The notes below the pieces were generated by a model that worked only from the letters and a program-made list of their open reading frames with translations, was not told the origin of the DNA and made no database searches. The position numbers and the translations under genes were made by a program. DNA of 64,000 nt from Callorhinchus milii (lineage: Eukaryota): assembly GCF_018977255.1 (NCBI RefSeq), contig NW_024704742.1, positions 48,176,001 to 48,240,000 on the forward strand, written 5' to 3'. Of this stretch, positions 10,630 through 24,502 are shown in pieces. Position 1 is the stretch's first letter; each line of letters starts with the position of its first letter.

Positions 10630-11748
10630 CGATGCATGACAAATGCATTTCAATGTAGAAAAGTGTGAGGTGGTACATTTTGGTAGAAGGAATAAGGAAG
10701 TCACATACATCCTGGAAAATAAAAACCTAAATGGGGTAGAGGAGCAAAGGGATCTAGGGGTACACATGCACAATTCACTAAAAGTAGCCACGCAGGTTAA
10801 TAAGGCCATAAAAAAGAAAAACAGACATTGGGGTTAATTTCTCGAGGGATAGAAATAAAAAGCAGGAAAACTTCTATAGTTAGACCACATTTAGAATACT
10901 TATAGAAGGGATGTAGAGGCACTGGAGAGGGCGCAAAGGAGATTCACAAGGATGATCCCAGAGCTGAGAGGTTATACCTATCAGGAAAGGCTGAACATGC
11001 TTGGACTCTTTTCTCTTGAAAAGAGGAGGGTAAGGGGTGACCTGATAGAGGTTTTTAAAATTATGAAAGGTTTTGATAGGGTAGACGTAGGGAAGATGTT
11101 TCCACTTGTGGGGGAGACCAAAACCAGGGGCCATCAATATAAGATAGTCACACTAAATAATAATAATCCTTGCATTTGATCTAGTGCTTTTCATGTCGGG
11201 AGGACGTCCCAAAGCGCTTCACAGAACACACTGTAAAGTAAATTGACTGTATATTTGTGGGCGAATGCGGCAGCTAATTGCGCACAGCAATGTCCCACAA
11301 ACAGTCGTGGATTGAAAATGACCAATTTTATTATTGTTTTTTGTTTTGGAGGGATTATTATTAGGCTCTGTGTGGAGTAAGGAAACTTGCCCAAGGTTTC
11401 GCCCTGACCTGCCTGGAATTGAACTCAGGTCTCTCACTTGCAAAGCGAGTGCTCTAACCACTGAACTACAGGACTTCACTAAATCAAATAGGGAAGTTAG
11501 AAGAAATGTTTTCACATAGAGAGTAGTGAGAATGTGGAACGTGCTACCACAAGGAGTTGTTGAGGCAAATAGCATAGATGTATTTAAGGGGAAGCTCGAT
11601 AGATACATGAGGGAGAAAGGAATAGAAGGCTATGCTTGAAGGCTTAGTTGAGGAAGGGCAGGAGGAGGCTCATGTGAAGCATAAACACCGGCATAGACCA
11701 GTTGGGCCAAATGACCTGTTTCTGTGCTCTATATTCTAATGTATTCTA
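10630..11748 (+). mobile_element. CR1 LINE 3' fragment
   Basis: CR1 C-terminal motifs FNVEKCEVVHFG, EEQRDLGV, LGLFSLEKRRVRGDLIEVFKIMKG, and a CR1 3' tail. Confidence 0.9.
11159..11476 (-). mobile_element. tRNA-Ala-derived Deu-domain SINE (short subfamily) inserted in CR1
   Basis: Full head, core and tail; flanked by the 8-bp duplication CACTAAAT (11151-11158 and 11477-11484). Confidence 0.92.
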
Positions 11749-11789
11749 ACATATTCATAATCCATATCTTATAGATGTTAAGAAACATG

Positions 11790-11995
11790 GATGAGTCATA
11801 TAATTGTACAGCACAAAAAGAGACCATTCGGCCCATCGAGTTTGTGCTGGCTCTTTGAATAGAGCAATGTAATGTCAATCCCACTCCCCAGCCCTTTCCC
11901 CATAACCCTGCAAACCCGTCCTCCTCAAATACCCGTCCACCGCGTTTTTAAAAGTAGATATCGAATCGGCCTCGACTACCCTTTCAGGGTGGTTG
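11790..11995 (-). mobile_element. CR1 3'-end fragment, tail-to-tail with the previous copy
   Basis: PERVVEADSISTFKNAVDGYL...GYGERAGEWD* plus a CR1-type tail. Confidence 0.82.
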
Positions 11996-12050
11996 AGGAC
12001 GATCTGAGGTAGATGTATATCTGATGTGGGCGATAAAAGCAGAACTATAA

Positions 12051-12419
12051 TGTTCCCTAGTGTAGTGGTTAGAGCACTTGCCTCACAAACAAGAGGACAT
12101 GGGTTCAAATCCAGGGCAGGGCGAAAAGTTAGATAAGTTTCTTTACTCCACATGCCTCTGTTTACCCAGCAGTAAGTAGGAACCCAGTTGTTGGTCGATT
12201 GGCAGATCGTTTTCTGGGGGTAATCATCCCTTTTAAAAAAAAAATAATAATTTGGTCACTCAATCCACAACTGTTTGTGGGACACTGCTGTGTGCAATTG
12301 GCTGGCGTGTTTCTCCCACAAAATATACAGTCAATTCACTTTTTATAGTATATTTTGTGTAGCGCTTTGAGACGTCTCAAAGACGTCATAAGGTGCGATA
12401 TCAAATTCTTATTATTATT
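12051..12419 (+). mobile_element. tRNA-derived Deu-domain SINE (long subfamily)
   Basis: Same head/core/tail architecture as the other copies. Confidence 0.88.
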
Positions 12420-15400
12420 GAGGCTCAAGTGGCTTAGACATTAGAAGATTCCTTTGCCACAGATAAATGGATATAAGGAAAAAATGTCCAACAAATAGTT
12501 CAAATTATATTGATTAACTGCTTCAAAAATAACTAGATAAATATCTGCTTGACAACAGTAATGAAAGTTACAAGGATTAAAAAATATTCCATGGACAGAA
12601 TAATTCTGTAGCTGATGGGGTGAGATGGGGAGGAAGAAAATCATGTAACTATGCAGTTATAACTCAATATTCTGGATATATTACTCAGTTGCTTTTGGAG
12701 ACCAGACCAGAGAGAATTGAAACAGAACTTTTCTCCAGGAGTGGACCATGATAGCATAAGCTTTGCATGGTTTCTACAAAGAATTGGGTTAATGGGACAA
12801 ATGGCCTTTCAAAGATTTTGGCAAAAATCTTTTGCCAAACATTGTATTCTGCAGGTTTCAGTGATGCTTTTTAAAGCTATTCAGATTGATGCAAGAAGCA
12901 GATTTTTCTCTAGTTCTGAGAGAATGTTTGGACCTATAATAACTATTGTTATTAAGAACAAGAGGGCTAGTGATCATACAATCCTTTGAGTCAGAAGATA
13001 TTGGGTTCAAGCCCCACATTTGGACTCGTAACTCATCGAGTTTAGGCTGGCAATCCAATGTAGTGCTAGGGATGTGCTGCATTGTTGGAAGCATCGTTGT
13101 TTGGATAAGACGTTAAACTGAGCTGGCCAACAATGCACCAAATAAAATTGATCCTTCACTTCATGGCTGTTGTGCTATGCGCAAATTCGCTGTGAAATAC
13201 ACCATCAATCCATTTAACTGTAAGAAAGTCCTGTGAAAAGCTTTGAAACATCTCAACCACCTGATAGGATGCTATATCAAATGCAAGGATTGTTGTTATT
13301 ATAACAACTGAAGACACTCACTCACTTACAGTATTTTTGCTGTTTTGTCACTTTCAGCTGCAAGGATGAGTCACCCGTTTGCTTTAGCCAGATCTTAACC
13401 TCACAAATGATACTCATTTTAGTTTTTGTGATCATAAGGCTGAGAACACTGGGGTTTAGTGCTTGAGAAGAGGAATCATAGAAAAGGGTAGACGTCAACA
13501 ATCGGACAAAATACATCATCACTGCACTTTACAGTAAATCCCGTGAAGCGTTTTGAGATGTCCTCCTGACTTGAAAAATGCTATGTCAAATGTAAGGATT
13601 ATTATCATTATTTGAAATCATGTTCTCAAATATATTTTAGTTATATATGAAGGAGGGCATGTATTGAACACAGATGAGCCTTTCGATGCACCCCAAAACT
13701 ATGACAATTAACAATTGATTCCTTTCAGCGAGTAACATTCCCCAAATGCACTGAACAATATAATTGTATTTGCACTTTATTTATACGAAGTTTAACATTA
13801 GTTGTCCAGCTAGACTTATCCTATCCACTTTGGCTAGCAGATTAAAGGACATATCTGCATCTCCAAGTCTTAGACACCAGCACTGTCTTGAATCAATGCA
13901 AACCTGCCTTTGCTCTGCCAGGCATATCTCTTGAGAGTGAATTCCAGTCTAGCAACACCCCCCTTACTCATTTCCTCTTTCAGGCACATCAAAAACCTGG
14001 TTATATAGCACATCTACTGAAAATGAATGCACTTACATTATTTTCTTTCTTCACCAGAAATCCTAAGTTTTAAATTAAGCTCCAATCCACAGGAGTTTCC
14101 TTACTATACCTATCCCAGTATATTTCATTTTCCCACACAAGCCACATTTGTAACCCATGTGCCTATCCTCCTTGGAGGGGCTGAGGGGGTAAGCAGTGTC
14201 TCCTTGACGCTGGACTGGCTCCAAGGTGACATGTCTGCCAATGGAATGTCATATACCATTCCAACAACCTATCTCTGGGATTTCCATGTGTAGGTGGGAT
14301 GCCTGGAAATCTGAGCCTGGTTTAGCTACTCTTAAGCAAGGTGACAGGTTTCCACGTGTGTCAGACACCTGACTGACAAAAATAAAAACTGTAACCCGTC
14401 TAAGTGACATTGGGCCTGAAAAACGATTTTTCAGCACAACAATAATGCAAATGATGTTTCATACTTTAAAAAATACCTCAGTTTGTAAATTGTGTCTCCT
14501 GTGGGGAAGCTCACCAAACTATGAGAATTAGGCTCTGTTTCAGTTGTGGCACCAGATCCCTGCTCTCTGTTTAGTTTAATGATTTCACAAGGAAAAGATA
14601 CATGCATCTACAAGGCTTTTTTAGGAGGATTTAAAAAAAACATGAAATTTTACTCAACAGATGGAATTATTTTCCAGTAGGAACAAAAGAATAAAGAGGT
14701 GTTTTTTTTAAGAACATAAAATCCATTTACTTGAAAAAGCTGATCCTTTTAATTCTCAACCCAACCTATCTGTCTCCTCACCTCAATTCCTTCTCTCTCC
14801 AGAAATGTGTCTATCTGTGTTTTGAACCTATGTGTACTATCCACACCAATGTTAATGCCAGTTAATGATGTCTATTTACAGTATTATGTGATCTCATTCA
14901 TATCCAGTAATCAGCTGACTGAAGATCTTTGTTCAAAGTGGAGATAAAAATTCCAACATTTCATAACAGATTCAAAGTGATTTGACATGTTGAATCTGTT
15001 TCGATTCCCACAGTACAAAGACCATCAAAAGAAACAAGATTTTTTTAAAAAAGAGGAACTCAATAGTTTGCACTTGTCGTCTCATGATCTGACCACTCAC
15101 TCACGAAAGTATCACACAATTGTGAAGCAAATAACATCTAATGAATTCAGTGTATTTTCTGATGTCCACAGTAACTTGAAGAAAACATTTTTTTTAGCAG
15201 AAGAGACTTCAGGAGGGACTTTCTGATCAGATGTGTCATTTTCCAGTATTTTAGTTTTACAATTGTGTCCTGCATTAAAGCTTTGGATTTGAGCTGATTG
15301 AAGAGTTCTTTTGATGAAAGATCATGATTCTAAAGTAATTTGTACAAGTGGTGAACTCAGTATCAACCAGTCATTTCTCATTAACAATAGAGGTCACACG

Positions 15401-16494
15401 ATATCACCATCATTCAGTGCCCTCTGCTATCTATCTGCCATTGCCGCTCATGATCAGGTTCTTACCAGCTCAGCTTTGATTTTCCATATGCTTTTTCTCC
15501 AGCTGGGATTCATTCATAGAATCATATAATTATACAGCATAAAAGGCCCATTGTGTCTGCAACAACCTCTTTGAAAAGAGCTATCCAAATCAATCCCACT
15601 CCCACGCGCTCTCCCCATAGCCCTGCAAACTTATCCTCCCCAAATAATTATCTAATTCTCTCTTAAAAGTTGTAATCGACTTCCACCACCCTTTCAGGCA
15701 ATGCATTCCAGATCCGAACAACTCGCTGTGTGAAAACATTTCCCCTCACCTCCCTTCTGTTTCTTTTAATAACTATTTTAAATCGGTGCCCTCTAGTTAC
15801 CAACCCACCCGCCAGAGAAATAGTTTCTCCTTGTTCACACCATCGAATCCTCTCGTAATTTTGAAAACTTCTATTAAGTCTCCTCTTAACCTTCTCTGCT
15901 GCATGGGGGATAATCCCAGCCTCTCCTCATAACTGAAGTCCCTCATTCCTGGTACCATCCTGGTAAATCTCCTTTACACCCTCTCCGATGCCTTGACATC
16001 CTTCCTAAAGTGTGGGGCCCAGAACTGAACACAGTCTCGAGCTGATGTCTAACCAGTGTTTAACCAGAATGGTTTATCATAACTTCCTCAGTTGTATTCT
16101 ATGCCCCTATTTATAAAGCCTAGTATCCCGTATGCTTTTTTAACAGTGTTATCTTCAAAGATTTACTTATATGAACCCCCAGGTCTCTCTGTTCCTTCAC
16201 TCCTTTTAAGATTGTACCATCAGCTTATACTGCCTCTCCTCATTCTTCCTCCCAAAATGCATCAGATCGCATTTCTCCACATTAAACTTCATCTGCCACC
16301 TGTCTGCCCATTTTACCAGTCTGTCTATGTCCTCTTGCAGTCTGCTACTGTCCTCCTCCCTGTTTACTACTTTTCCTAGCTTAGAATCATCTGCAAACTT
16401 GAAAATTGTACTCCCTATACCCAAGTCTGAGTCATTTATATAGATCAGAAACAGCAGTGATCCCAATACTGACCCCTGGGGGACACCATAGCAC

Positions 16495-17079
16495 CACCAC
16501 CAACAACAACTTGGATTTATATAGCGCCCTCCAAGCCGGACGGTGTCTCAGAGTGCTCTACAGTAACGGATCCCGGGGCTGAGCCAGGGGGAGGGGGAGG
16601 AAGGTGACCAAAGGCGCGGTCGAAAAGAAAGGTCTTCAGCAGAGACCTGAAAATGGGAAGGGAGGGAGCGAAATGAAGGGAGTGAGGAAGGCAGTTCCAG
16701 AGCCTCGGGGCATAGTGGATGAAGGCACGGCCGCCGAGGGTGGAGCGGAGGACTCGGGGGATGAGGAGGAGGCCAGACACGGAGGAACGAAGGCAACGGG
16801 TACAGTTTTGAGGAGAGAGGTCAGAGAGGTAGGGGGGGTGCAGAGAAGTGCAGGGACTTGAACACAAGGGTGAGGATCTTGAAATCGATCCTCTCTGGGA
16901 TAGGCAGCCAATGCAATCTGGCAAGGACTGGGGTGATCGGGGAGCGGAGTTTCGTGCAGGTGAGAATGCGGGCCGCAGAGTTTTGAACAATTTGGATTTT
17001 ATGGATGGTAATGGATGGGAAACCGGCGAGGAGCGCGTTTGAGTAGTCCAGCCGAGAGGTGACAAAGGCTTTATGGACC
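16495..17079 (-). mobile_element. L2 3' fragment nested in CR1 ORF2
   Basis: [12 protein letters not shown]...[15 protein letters not shown]; (TTG)n tail; AGCAC duplicated at 16490-16494 and 17080-17084. Confidence 0.9.
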
Positions 17080-19089
17080 AGCACACTTCACTCCAGTCAG
17101 AAAAACAACCGTTCACCACCGTTCTCTGCTTTCTGTCTTCCAGCAGTTCTGTATCCATGCTGTCCCTGTCCCTTTAATACTGCGTGTTTGTATTTTGCTT
17201 ACAAGTCTCTTATGTGGCATCTTATCAAACATCTTTTGAAAATCCATATAAACTACATCAACTGCACTTCCTTCATCCACCCTCTCCGTTACTTCATCAA
17301 AAAGACTATCAGGTTTGTTAGACATGATTTGCCTTTAACAAACCCATGTTGACTGTCCTTTATTAACCCATATTTTTCTAAGTGAAAATTTATTTTGTCC
17401 CAGATTATAGTCTCTAGAAGTTTCGCCACTACTGATGTTATGCTGACTGGCCTGTAGTTCCCGGGTTTATTCTTCTATCCCTTTTTGTACAGGGAGTAAC
17501 ATTTGCAATCCTCCAGTCCTCTGGCACCCCTCTGTTGTCCAAGGAGGATTAAAAGATTGTGGCCAGAGCCTCCGTTAGTTCCACCCTTACTTCCCTAGTA
17601 ACCTAGGATGCATCCCATCCGGACCAGGTGACTTATCTACCTTGAGCACCATCAACCTTTTTAGTACCTCCTCTCGGTTTATTCACATCTTATCCATTTA
17701 TTTTCTCTACCCTCTCCTCCAATACTGCGGCATTGGCTGCATCCTCCTCTTTTATGGAGACATATGCAAAGTACTCATTCAATATGTCAGCCATGCCCTC
17801 TGCCTCCACAAGATTTCTTCTTTGGTCCCTAATTGGACCCACCCTATCTTTGACTAACCTTTTATTCTTTATATGCTTGCAAAATACCTTAGGATTCCCT
17901 TTTATGTTACCTGCGAATCTTTTCTCATCCAATCTCTTTGCCCTTCTTATTTACTTTTTCAGTTCTTCTCCGTACTTTCTATATTCTATTTGATTATCTT
18001 CTGTATTTTGGACATGGCATTTATCATAAGCCTCCTTTCTCCGTTTTATTTTAATCCCAATTTGCTTAGTCATTCGTGGAGGTTTAGTTGCCCTATCTTT
18101 CCCCTTTGTGGAAATGCATTTGTTCTGTTCCCGAACTATCTCCTCCTTGAAGGCTTCCCAATCCTCATTAGTTTTAGCTGCCAATCTTTCTTTCCAGTCC
18201 ACCTTGTCTAGGTCCCTCTTTAACTCACTGAAATTAGCCCTCTTCCAGTTTGGTATCTTCACCTTTGATTGTTCCTAGTTCCTTTCCATAAGTACTTTAA
18301 ACTAATGACATTGTGATTACTGTTGTCCGGATGGTCTCCTACTGAAACTTGTTCCACTAACCCCACTTCATTCCCCGGAATTAGATTCAGCATTGCTTCC
18401 TTCCTCGTTGGCCTGAAAATATATTGATCCAGAAAGTTATCTTGCACACATTTCAGGAAACCTTCCCCCTCCTTGCCCTTTACACTATTAGTTTTGCTAG
18501 TTTATGTTAGGATAATTGAAGTCCCCCACTATCACTACTCAATTGGTTTTGCATCTTTCTGAAATCTGCTTGCAGATTTGCTTGTCTATCTACTTCCCAC
18601 TATTTGGTGGTCTATACTATACACCTAACAAAGTAACAGCTCATTTTCTGCTCCTTAACTCTAACCAAATAGATTTTGTTTTTGGACCCTGGAGCACATC
18701 ATCCCTTTCCAGGGCCATAACTGTGTCTTTAATCAATATTATCACCCACCCTCCTTTTTTTCCTTTTCCTCCTGAATATATCGTAGGCAGGAATATTCAG
18801 CTCACATTCCTGCCCTGTTTGAGCCAGGTCTCCATTATTGCCACTACATCATAACCCCATGTGGCAACTTGAAGCTGCAGCTCACCAATCTCATTTGTCA
18901 CACTCCTTGCATTTACGCACACGCACTTCAAGACCAATTGAGTCTGGTCTGCATTTCTCACCCATCTATTCCTTCCTTTTTCTGGACTACTCCTTATTAC
19001 ATTGCTGTTCGTCTCTCCCAGCCCTCTATGTAACTTGTTTCCCTTCCCTGATGCTACATCTTGATTCCCTTCCGCCCTCAAAATTAGCT

Positions 19090-20017
19090 TTAACTTTTCC
19101 CTATAGTACCAGTTAACCTCCCTACAGGGCCATTGGTCCCAGCCCTGTTCAGGTGTAACCCATCCACCTTGTACTTGCCCCACCTGACCCAGAACTGGTC
19201 CCAATGCTCCAGGAACCTGAAGCCCTTCATTCTGCACCATTTCTCCAGCCTTGCATTCATGTGTTTGATCCTGCTGTTTTGATACTCACTTGCACAAGGC
19301 ACTGGGAGTAATCCAGAGATGACCACCTTTGAGGTCCTACTCTTTAGCTTTTTCCCCAGTTTCTAATACTCTCCCTGTAGAATCTCAGCCCTTTTTTCCT
19401 CCTGTGTCAAGGATGCCAACATGGACCACGACTTCTGAATGTTCCCCTTCCTCCTGTAGAACATTTTGCACTCGTTCCATGATGTCTTCAACCCTGGCAC
19501 CAGGGAGGCAACATACCTGTGAGGATCACATTTTTGGTTGCAGAAACGTCTGTCTACTCCTTTCACAGTTGTGTCCTCAATGACAATTGCATTGACACTC
19601 TTCCCTGTATCCCCCTGTGCATCCACTTGTTTTTGACTCCGCTCCCCAGAGGTGTCATCACCCTCACCAGTATTCAGGACAGAGAACAGGTTTGTGAGTG
19701 CCACACTCTCAAAGGATTGCTGCACTGGCCATCCCCTCTTCCTATTATGCTAGGTCATCACCCACTCACTCTCCTCATGAACCCTCTATGGCTGTGAGGT
19801 GACCACCTCCTGAAACATTCAATCCACAAACTCTTCAGTATGCTATGTATGTATGCTATGTAGTGACACATCTCTCCTCGAGCACAGAAACCCTGAGCTT
19901 AAGCTCAAGCAGCCAGAAGCTCTTCCTACACACGTGTTTGTCCAGGGCACACAAAGCATCCTGGAGTTCCCACATAGCACGCATTGTGCATGCAAACAGT
20001 CTCACCTGCCCTGCCAT
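19090..20017 (-). pseudogene. CR1 ORF1 remnant (N-terminal Cys-rich/leucine zipper + SGNH/GDSL esterase-like domain)
   Basis: VISGLLPVP...WCRMKGFRFLEHWDQFW...DGLHLNRAGT; decayed GDS block (VIEDTTVKG); N-terminal CTMRAMWE...VCRK; frameshifted. Confidence 0.8.
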
Positions 20018-20849
20018 ATTCCCAGACACATTTATATTATTTTAATATAACTATTATATATTTTATAATTATGCTCCTCTCTTCCCCTCTGCACAAAATT
20101 CCCACTCTCAGCAAATTCCTTAACAGAATTCTCACTCAGTTTCCTCCGCACGCTACTGGGCTCTCTGCTCAAGTTCTGTCAGCTTTGGAAGGGATTGATC
20201 TTCAGCTATATGGCACACACGTTCCTGTCCATTCAATCTTCTCTCTGCATTATGCTTTTTTGGAGTGAAAATTAGAATCTGAGATGTGATAATTAACATT
20301 GATAATTAAAATGATATTGAAAATTCCATCTTGTTGATAACTAAAAACAGGCACTGTCTTATTGGTTAATGGTTGGCTTTATTGGTAACCCTATTACCTC
20401 TGGTTCAGAAGGTTGTTGGTTCAAGCCCAATATTGTGGCTTTAAAAACGTAGTCTAGGCTGACACGCAGGCAGAATGAACCTAGGTTCAGCATGTCAGTT
20501 ATACATCACTCACATGGCATTTCGCCCACAAAATACACAGTGAATTCAATTTACAGTACATTCTGTGAAGCGCTTTGTGACGTCTCGAAAACGTGGTAAG
20601 GTGCTATAACAAATGCAAGGATTATTATTAGTATTAATCCATGAATTGTGAATTCAATGAGATCTGCAAGTTTCTTTTGTGTCCACACAATGTGATGGTA
20701 TTGGGTGCACCGCACCCTAGGACCAGTCAGTGAAGCAATATTTTCAATGATGGGTTAATTAACACATCACTGTTTACAATTTTCATCTCATTATTTCATG
20801 GAGGTCATTCTTCATCAGCTTTGCATTGAACATTTTTTTCACATCACCA

Positions 20850-21960
20850 TTTTGACATGATACCAAATTAGGGGTCATAGCAAACTGTAAAGAAGGAGGC
20901 TAAACATTACAGGTAACTTTACAAGCAAGTTAGGGATGTGAATAGAATGAAGTTGAATGTAGATCAGTGTGTAGTAGTACATTCTGGACAAAGAACGTGA
21001 AATGGAAATATAACCTCAAGAGCAAAATGATCCAAGGAATGAAGAAAGATAGGGATCTGGTGATACACAAATCTTTACAAATGGGAATACAAGTTGAAAT
21101 AGTCATAAGAGCAAATTGGATATTTAGTATCATATGTAGGTTCACTGAATACAAATGTAAGAAGGTCATATTGAATTTCTACAAGGCATTGGTTAAGCTA
21201 GACTTGATGAATTATACGCAGGTTTGGATGTTCCGTGATAGAGAGGCTATCACAGCAACAGAGAAGGTGCAGAGTAGATTCACTAAGATTATTCAAGGGA
21301 TAATAGATAAACTAATGGAATCATTTATTAGAGGTGAGATGGAAAATTACCTGGTCACTGGCAAATGAAGTTTAAGATGGATAAATGCAAAGTATTGTAT
21401 ATAGGAAGTAAAAATAGTTGGCACATGTGCTTGCCAAGCAGAAAGATGAAAGAGACCTTGGTGATAATGGACTCATTGCTCAGATTACTCATTGCAGACA
21501 GGATGAGACAGCAATAAACAGAACAAACAGAATCCAGAGTTTAGTTCATGTCATCAGAAGTCATGTTTACACAGCATAGTGCTCTACTCAAATGATAGCT
21601 GATGCATGGCATTCAGTATAATGAAAGTGAGTTGTCCAGGCCCCAGAAAAGAGTAACAAGATTGTTCTCCAATCTTATGAAGATGATCTATGAGGACCAA
21701 CAAGATAAACCAGGAGTCTTCAGCTTCAAACAATGATAAAACCATAAAATAATAAATTGAATTGAGAGAGTAATCCCAGAACAATAAATTAAGAAACACC
21801 CACCAAGGCATTGGGACAAGATGACATAGGTTTAGGCTGCTAAGTGCAAGTATAAGACAGACACCCGGAAGTATATCTTTACCCACGGGTTAATCAACAG
21901 TATGGATGATATTAGGATGAGTGGGGCCAGGATGCTGGATTAATGCAAGAAACAGCTTTA
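20850..21960 (+). mobile_element. Old CR1 3' fragments (two adjacent pieces)
   Basis: Degenerate motifs RDLVI, YKALVK and EKVQSRFTKII. Confidence 0.65.
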
Positions 21961-22639
21961 TGTTCCAATGGGAAGCTAGTAGATTGGTATTCTTCTTCAT
22001 TCATACCTGCCTCGTGATCTTGCAATCGTTCAATTATTACATATCACAGTTTTTACAGTCTTTCTCCTATTCTCTCATTTTTTCTCCATTTCCCCTTCTG
22101 GTTTGCTCTTTTCCATCCTACTTGAGAGGTGGGGAGAGGGAGTGTTCCATTAATTTACATGCACACAACACAATGATGTAAATTTCATTGAAATGTACCA
22201 CTGGAGAATTTGACCAAGGTGCCTTGGGGTGAAAATAACTTGCAGCAAATCATCTCCCTCTCCGAATTAAAAAAAATGTGAAAACAATGCCCCTTTGTAA
22301 AGCTTATCTTGACCTACAAACACATTGCTATAGTCAGATAGCACCCTCTATTGGAATTATTCTTCCTTACAAATAATGTGTATTGAAAGAAATGAACAAG
22401 ACCTTTTTGAGAAATTACTGCAACATAACCTGTCTCTTACTTCAGGAGCTTGTCTATAAACCAAAATTGTTTCTTTACTTACAATAGGGACACACACAAC
22501 CAGATTGTGATCTGCTGGTGATGATAAATGGAGCTCTGATGTGGTCAACAGAAATGAATGGAAACCAGTTACAGACACAGCGTAATGGTTTCACGCAGTT
22601 AGTAAAGGCATATGATAAACAACAACAACTTGCATTTGT

Positions 22640-22895
22640 GTGGAGGACCCGGGTTTGATTCCTGCGCAGGGCAAAACCTTGGCCAAGTTTCCTTACTCCA
22701 CATGTCTCTATTTACCCAGCAGTAAGTAGAAATCTGGTTGTAAGCCGATTGATGGATCGCTTTTCAGGGGTTAGTAATCCCTTTGAAAATCAATAAATAA
22801 TAATAATTTGGTCATTCAATCCACAGCTGTTTGAGGGACATCGCTGTGCATAATTGGCTGTGTTTCGCAGTATATTCTGTGTATTATTATTATTT
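22640..22895 (+). mobile_element. Partial long-subfamily SINE
   Basis: B-box, CCTTGGCCAAGTTTCCTTACTCCAC block and part of the Deu core. Confidence 0.8.
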
Positions 22896-23952
22896 ATAAA
22901 GCGCCCTTTATTTGGGGAAATATCTCAGAGTGCTTAAAATCTTGCACAAGAGATTAATAACTAATAATAAGGCACATGGACTGGGTGGCAGCCCAGTAAC
23001 ATGTAACTCAATCTCCACTTACCTCTTCCCCACTAAATAGTCATTTGGCATCCAGCTAGCACAGGTTTGAGCCCACTCTAAGTGGAAAGGCAGGTACCTG
23101 GAACTCCCTGCATCTGCCTGAGCACAACTCAGCATGAAGTATGTGGGAGCATCGCCACCATTCCTCTCCAGTCCTGTCCCCAGCTCAGACATACATTCCT
23201 ACACATTGGACACATGATTCCATCAGTTGAAAATGTGGAGCTTGAGCAGCTGCCAATGATAGGTAATGTCCCAGGGATCAGTGTTTGGGTGCCACACTGA
23301 CCTGATATAATACATTTCCCACAAAAAAATTGTGTATGCATGTATGTTATGTTCCCAATGATCCAATTTTGAGAAGAGACAAAAATAGTCAGACGAGAGC
23401 ACAGTAATAAAAAGAGAACCAAGGAAAGAGAGACTCATAGAGAGAATGAGGAAGAATGCCATTCTAATCATAATATAACTACAGATGTAAGAGGTTTTGG
23501 TTAGTACTGTAGCCATTTTTTTTTGCACAATAGCTCATTTTCTGTCTTGTTACCTTATCCCAATTGGCTGAGTCTAATTTGTGCAGATTTTAGGCTCTCT
23601 GTTCCATGAGAGCAAGAATATACTGTTGTAGTTGATTTGAGAGCAGTGGGTGGGCGGAGGGATAGGAGGGAGGTGACCAAACATGGATGAAATTATGTGG
23701 AATTCTAGAGAATGGAGGGAAAGTGATTGAAAGTTCACCCTATTTGTATAGTGGAGGGGAAAATCTAGAACAAGGGGACATACTTTAAAATCAGAGCTAA
23801 GGTGGAGTCCTGAGGGAAAAAAATCATTAAACATGAGAATATGAAATAACTGCTTCAGAAGGCCATAGTCATGGTAAGAATTTCCTTTCTAACTAAGAGA
23901 AGATAAGGTCAATTGCATTGCATCCAAATGCTTCCTGACTGAGATTAGTTTA

Positions 23953-24502
23953 CAACAACAAAAACTTTCACTTATATAGTGCCCTCCACTCTGGGCGGCG
24001 TCTCAGAGCGCTTAACTATGGTGGAGTCCGAGGCCGAGCCAGGAGGAGGGGGAATGTGACCGTAGGCACGGTCGAAAAGGAAAGTCTTTAGGTGCAACCT
24101 GAAGATGGGGAAGGAGAAGATGAGGCAAAGGGGTTGAGGAAGGGAGTTCCAAAGTTTCCAAAGTGACTGATGGCACGGCTGCCGATGGTGGAGCGGAGAT
24201 TTCGGGGGAGCCGGGGGAGGCCAGACCCAGTAGAGCAGAGACAGCGGGTACTGCTGTGGGAAGAGAGCAGGTTAGAGAGATGGGTGGGGGGGGGGGGGGG
24301 GGGGGGCAAGGAATGGAGGGATTGATACTAGAGTGAGGATCTTGAAGTCAATCCGCTCTGTGACAGGGAGTCAATGGAGTTTGGCAAGGACTGGAGTAAT
24401 CTGGGTACGAAGTTTGGAGCAGGTGAGAATGCAGGCGGAGAAGTTTTGAATGAGCTGGATTTTGTGAATAATGGAGGAGGGGAGACCAGCGAGGAGGGTG
24501 TT
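23953..24502 (-). mobile_element. L2 3' fragment
   Basis: LLAGLPSSIIHKIQLIQN...LAKLH and L2 tail with (TTG)n. Confidence 0.88.

Larger units (their letters stand above)
15515..20180 (-). mobile_element. Near full-length decayed CR1 LINE (ORF1 esterase + ORF2 APE-RT)
   Basis: ORF2 remnants NARSV, METWL, VDVVYMDFQK, LFLIYIND, KFADDSKL and WQMKFNVEKC; ORF1 remnants; CR1 tail at ~15515-15620. Boundaries approximate. Confidence 0.9.
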
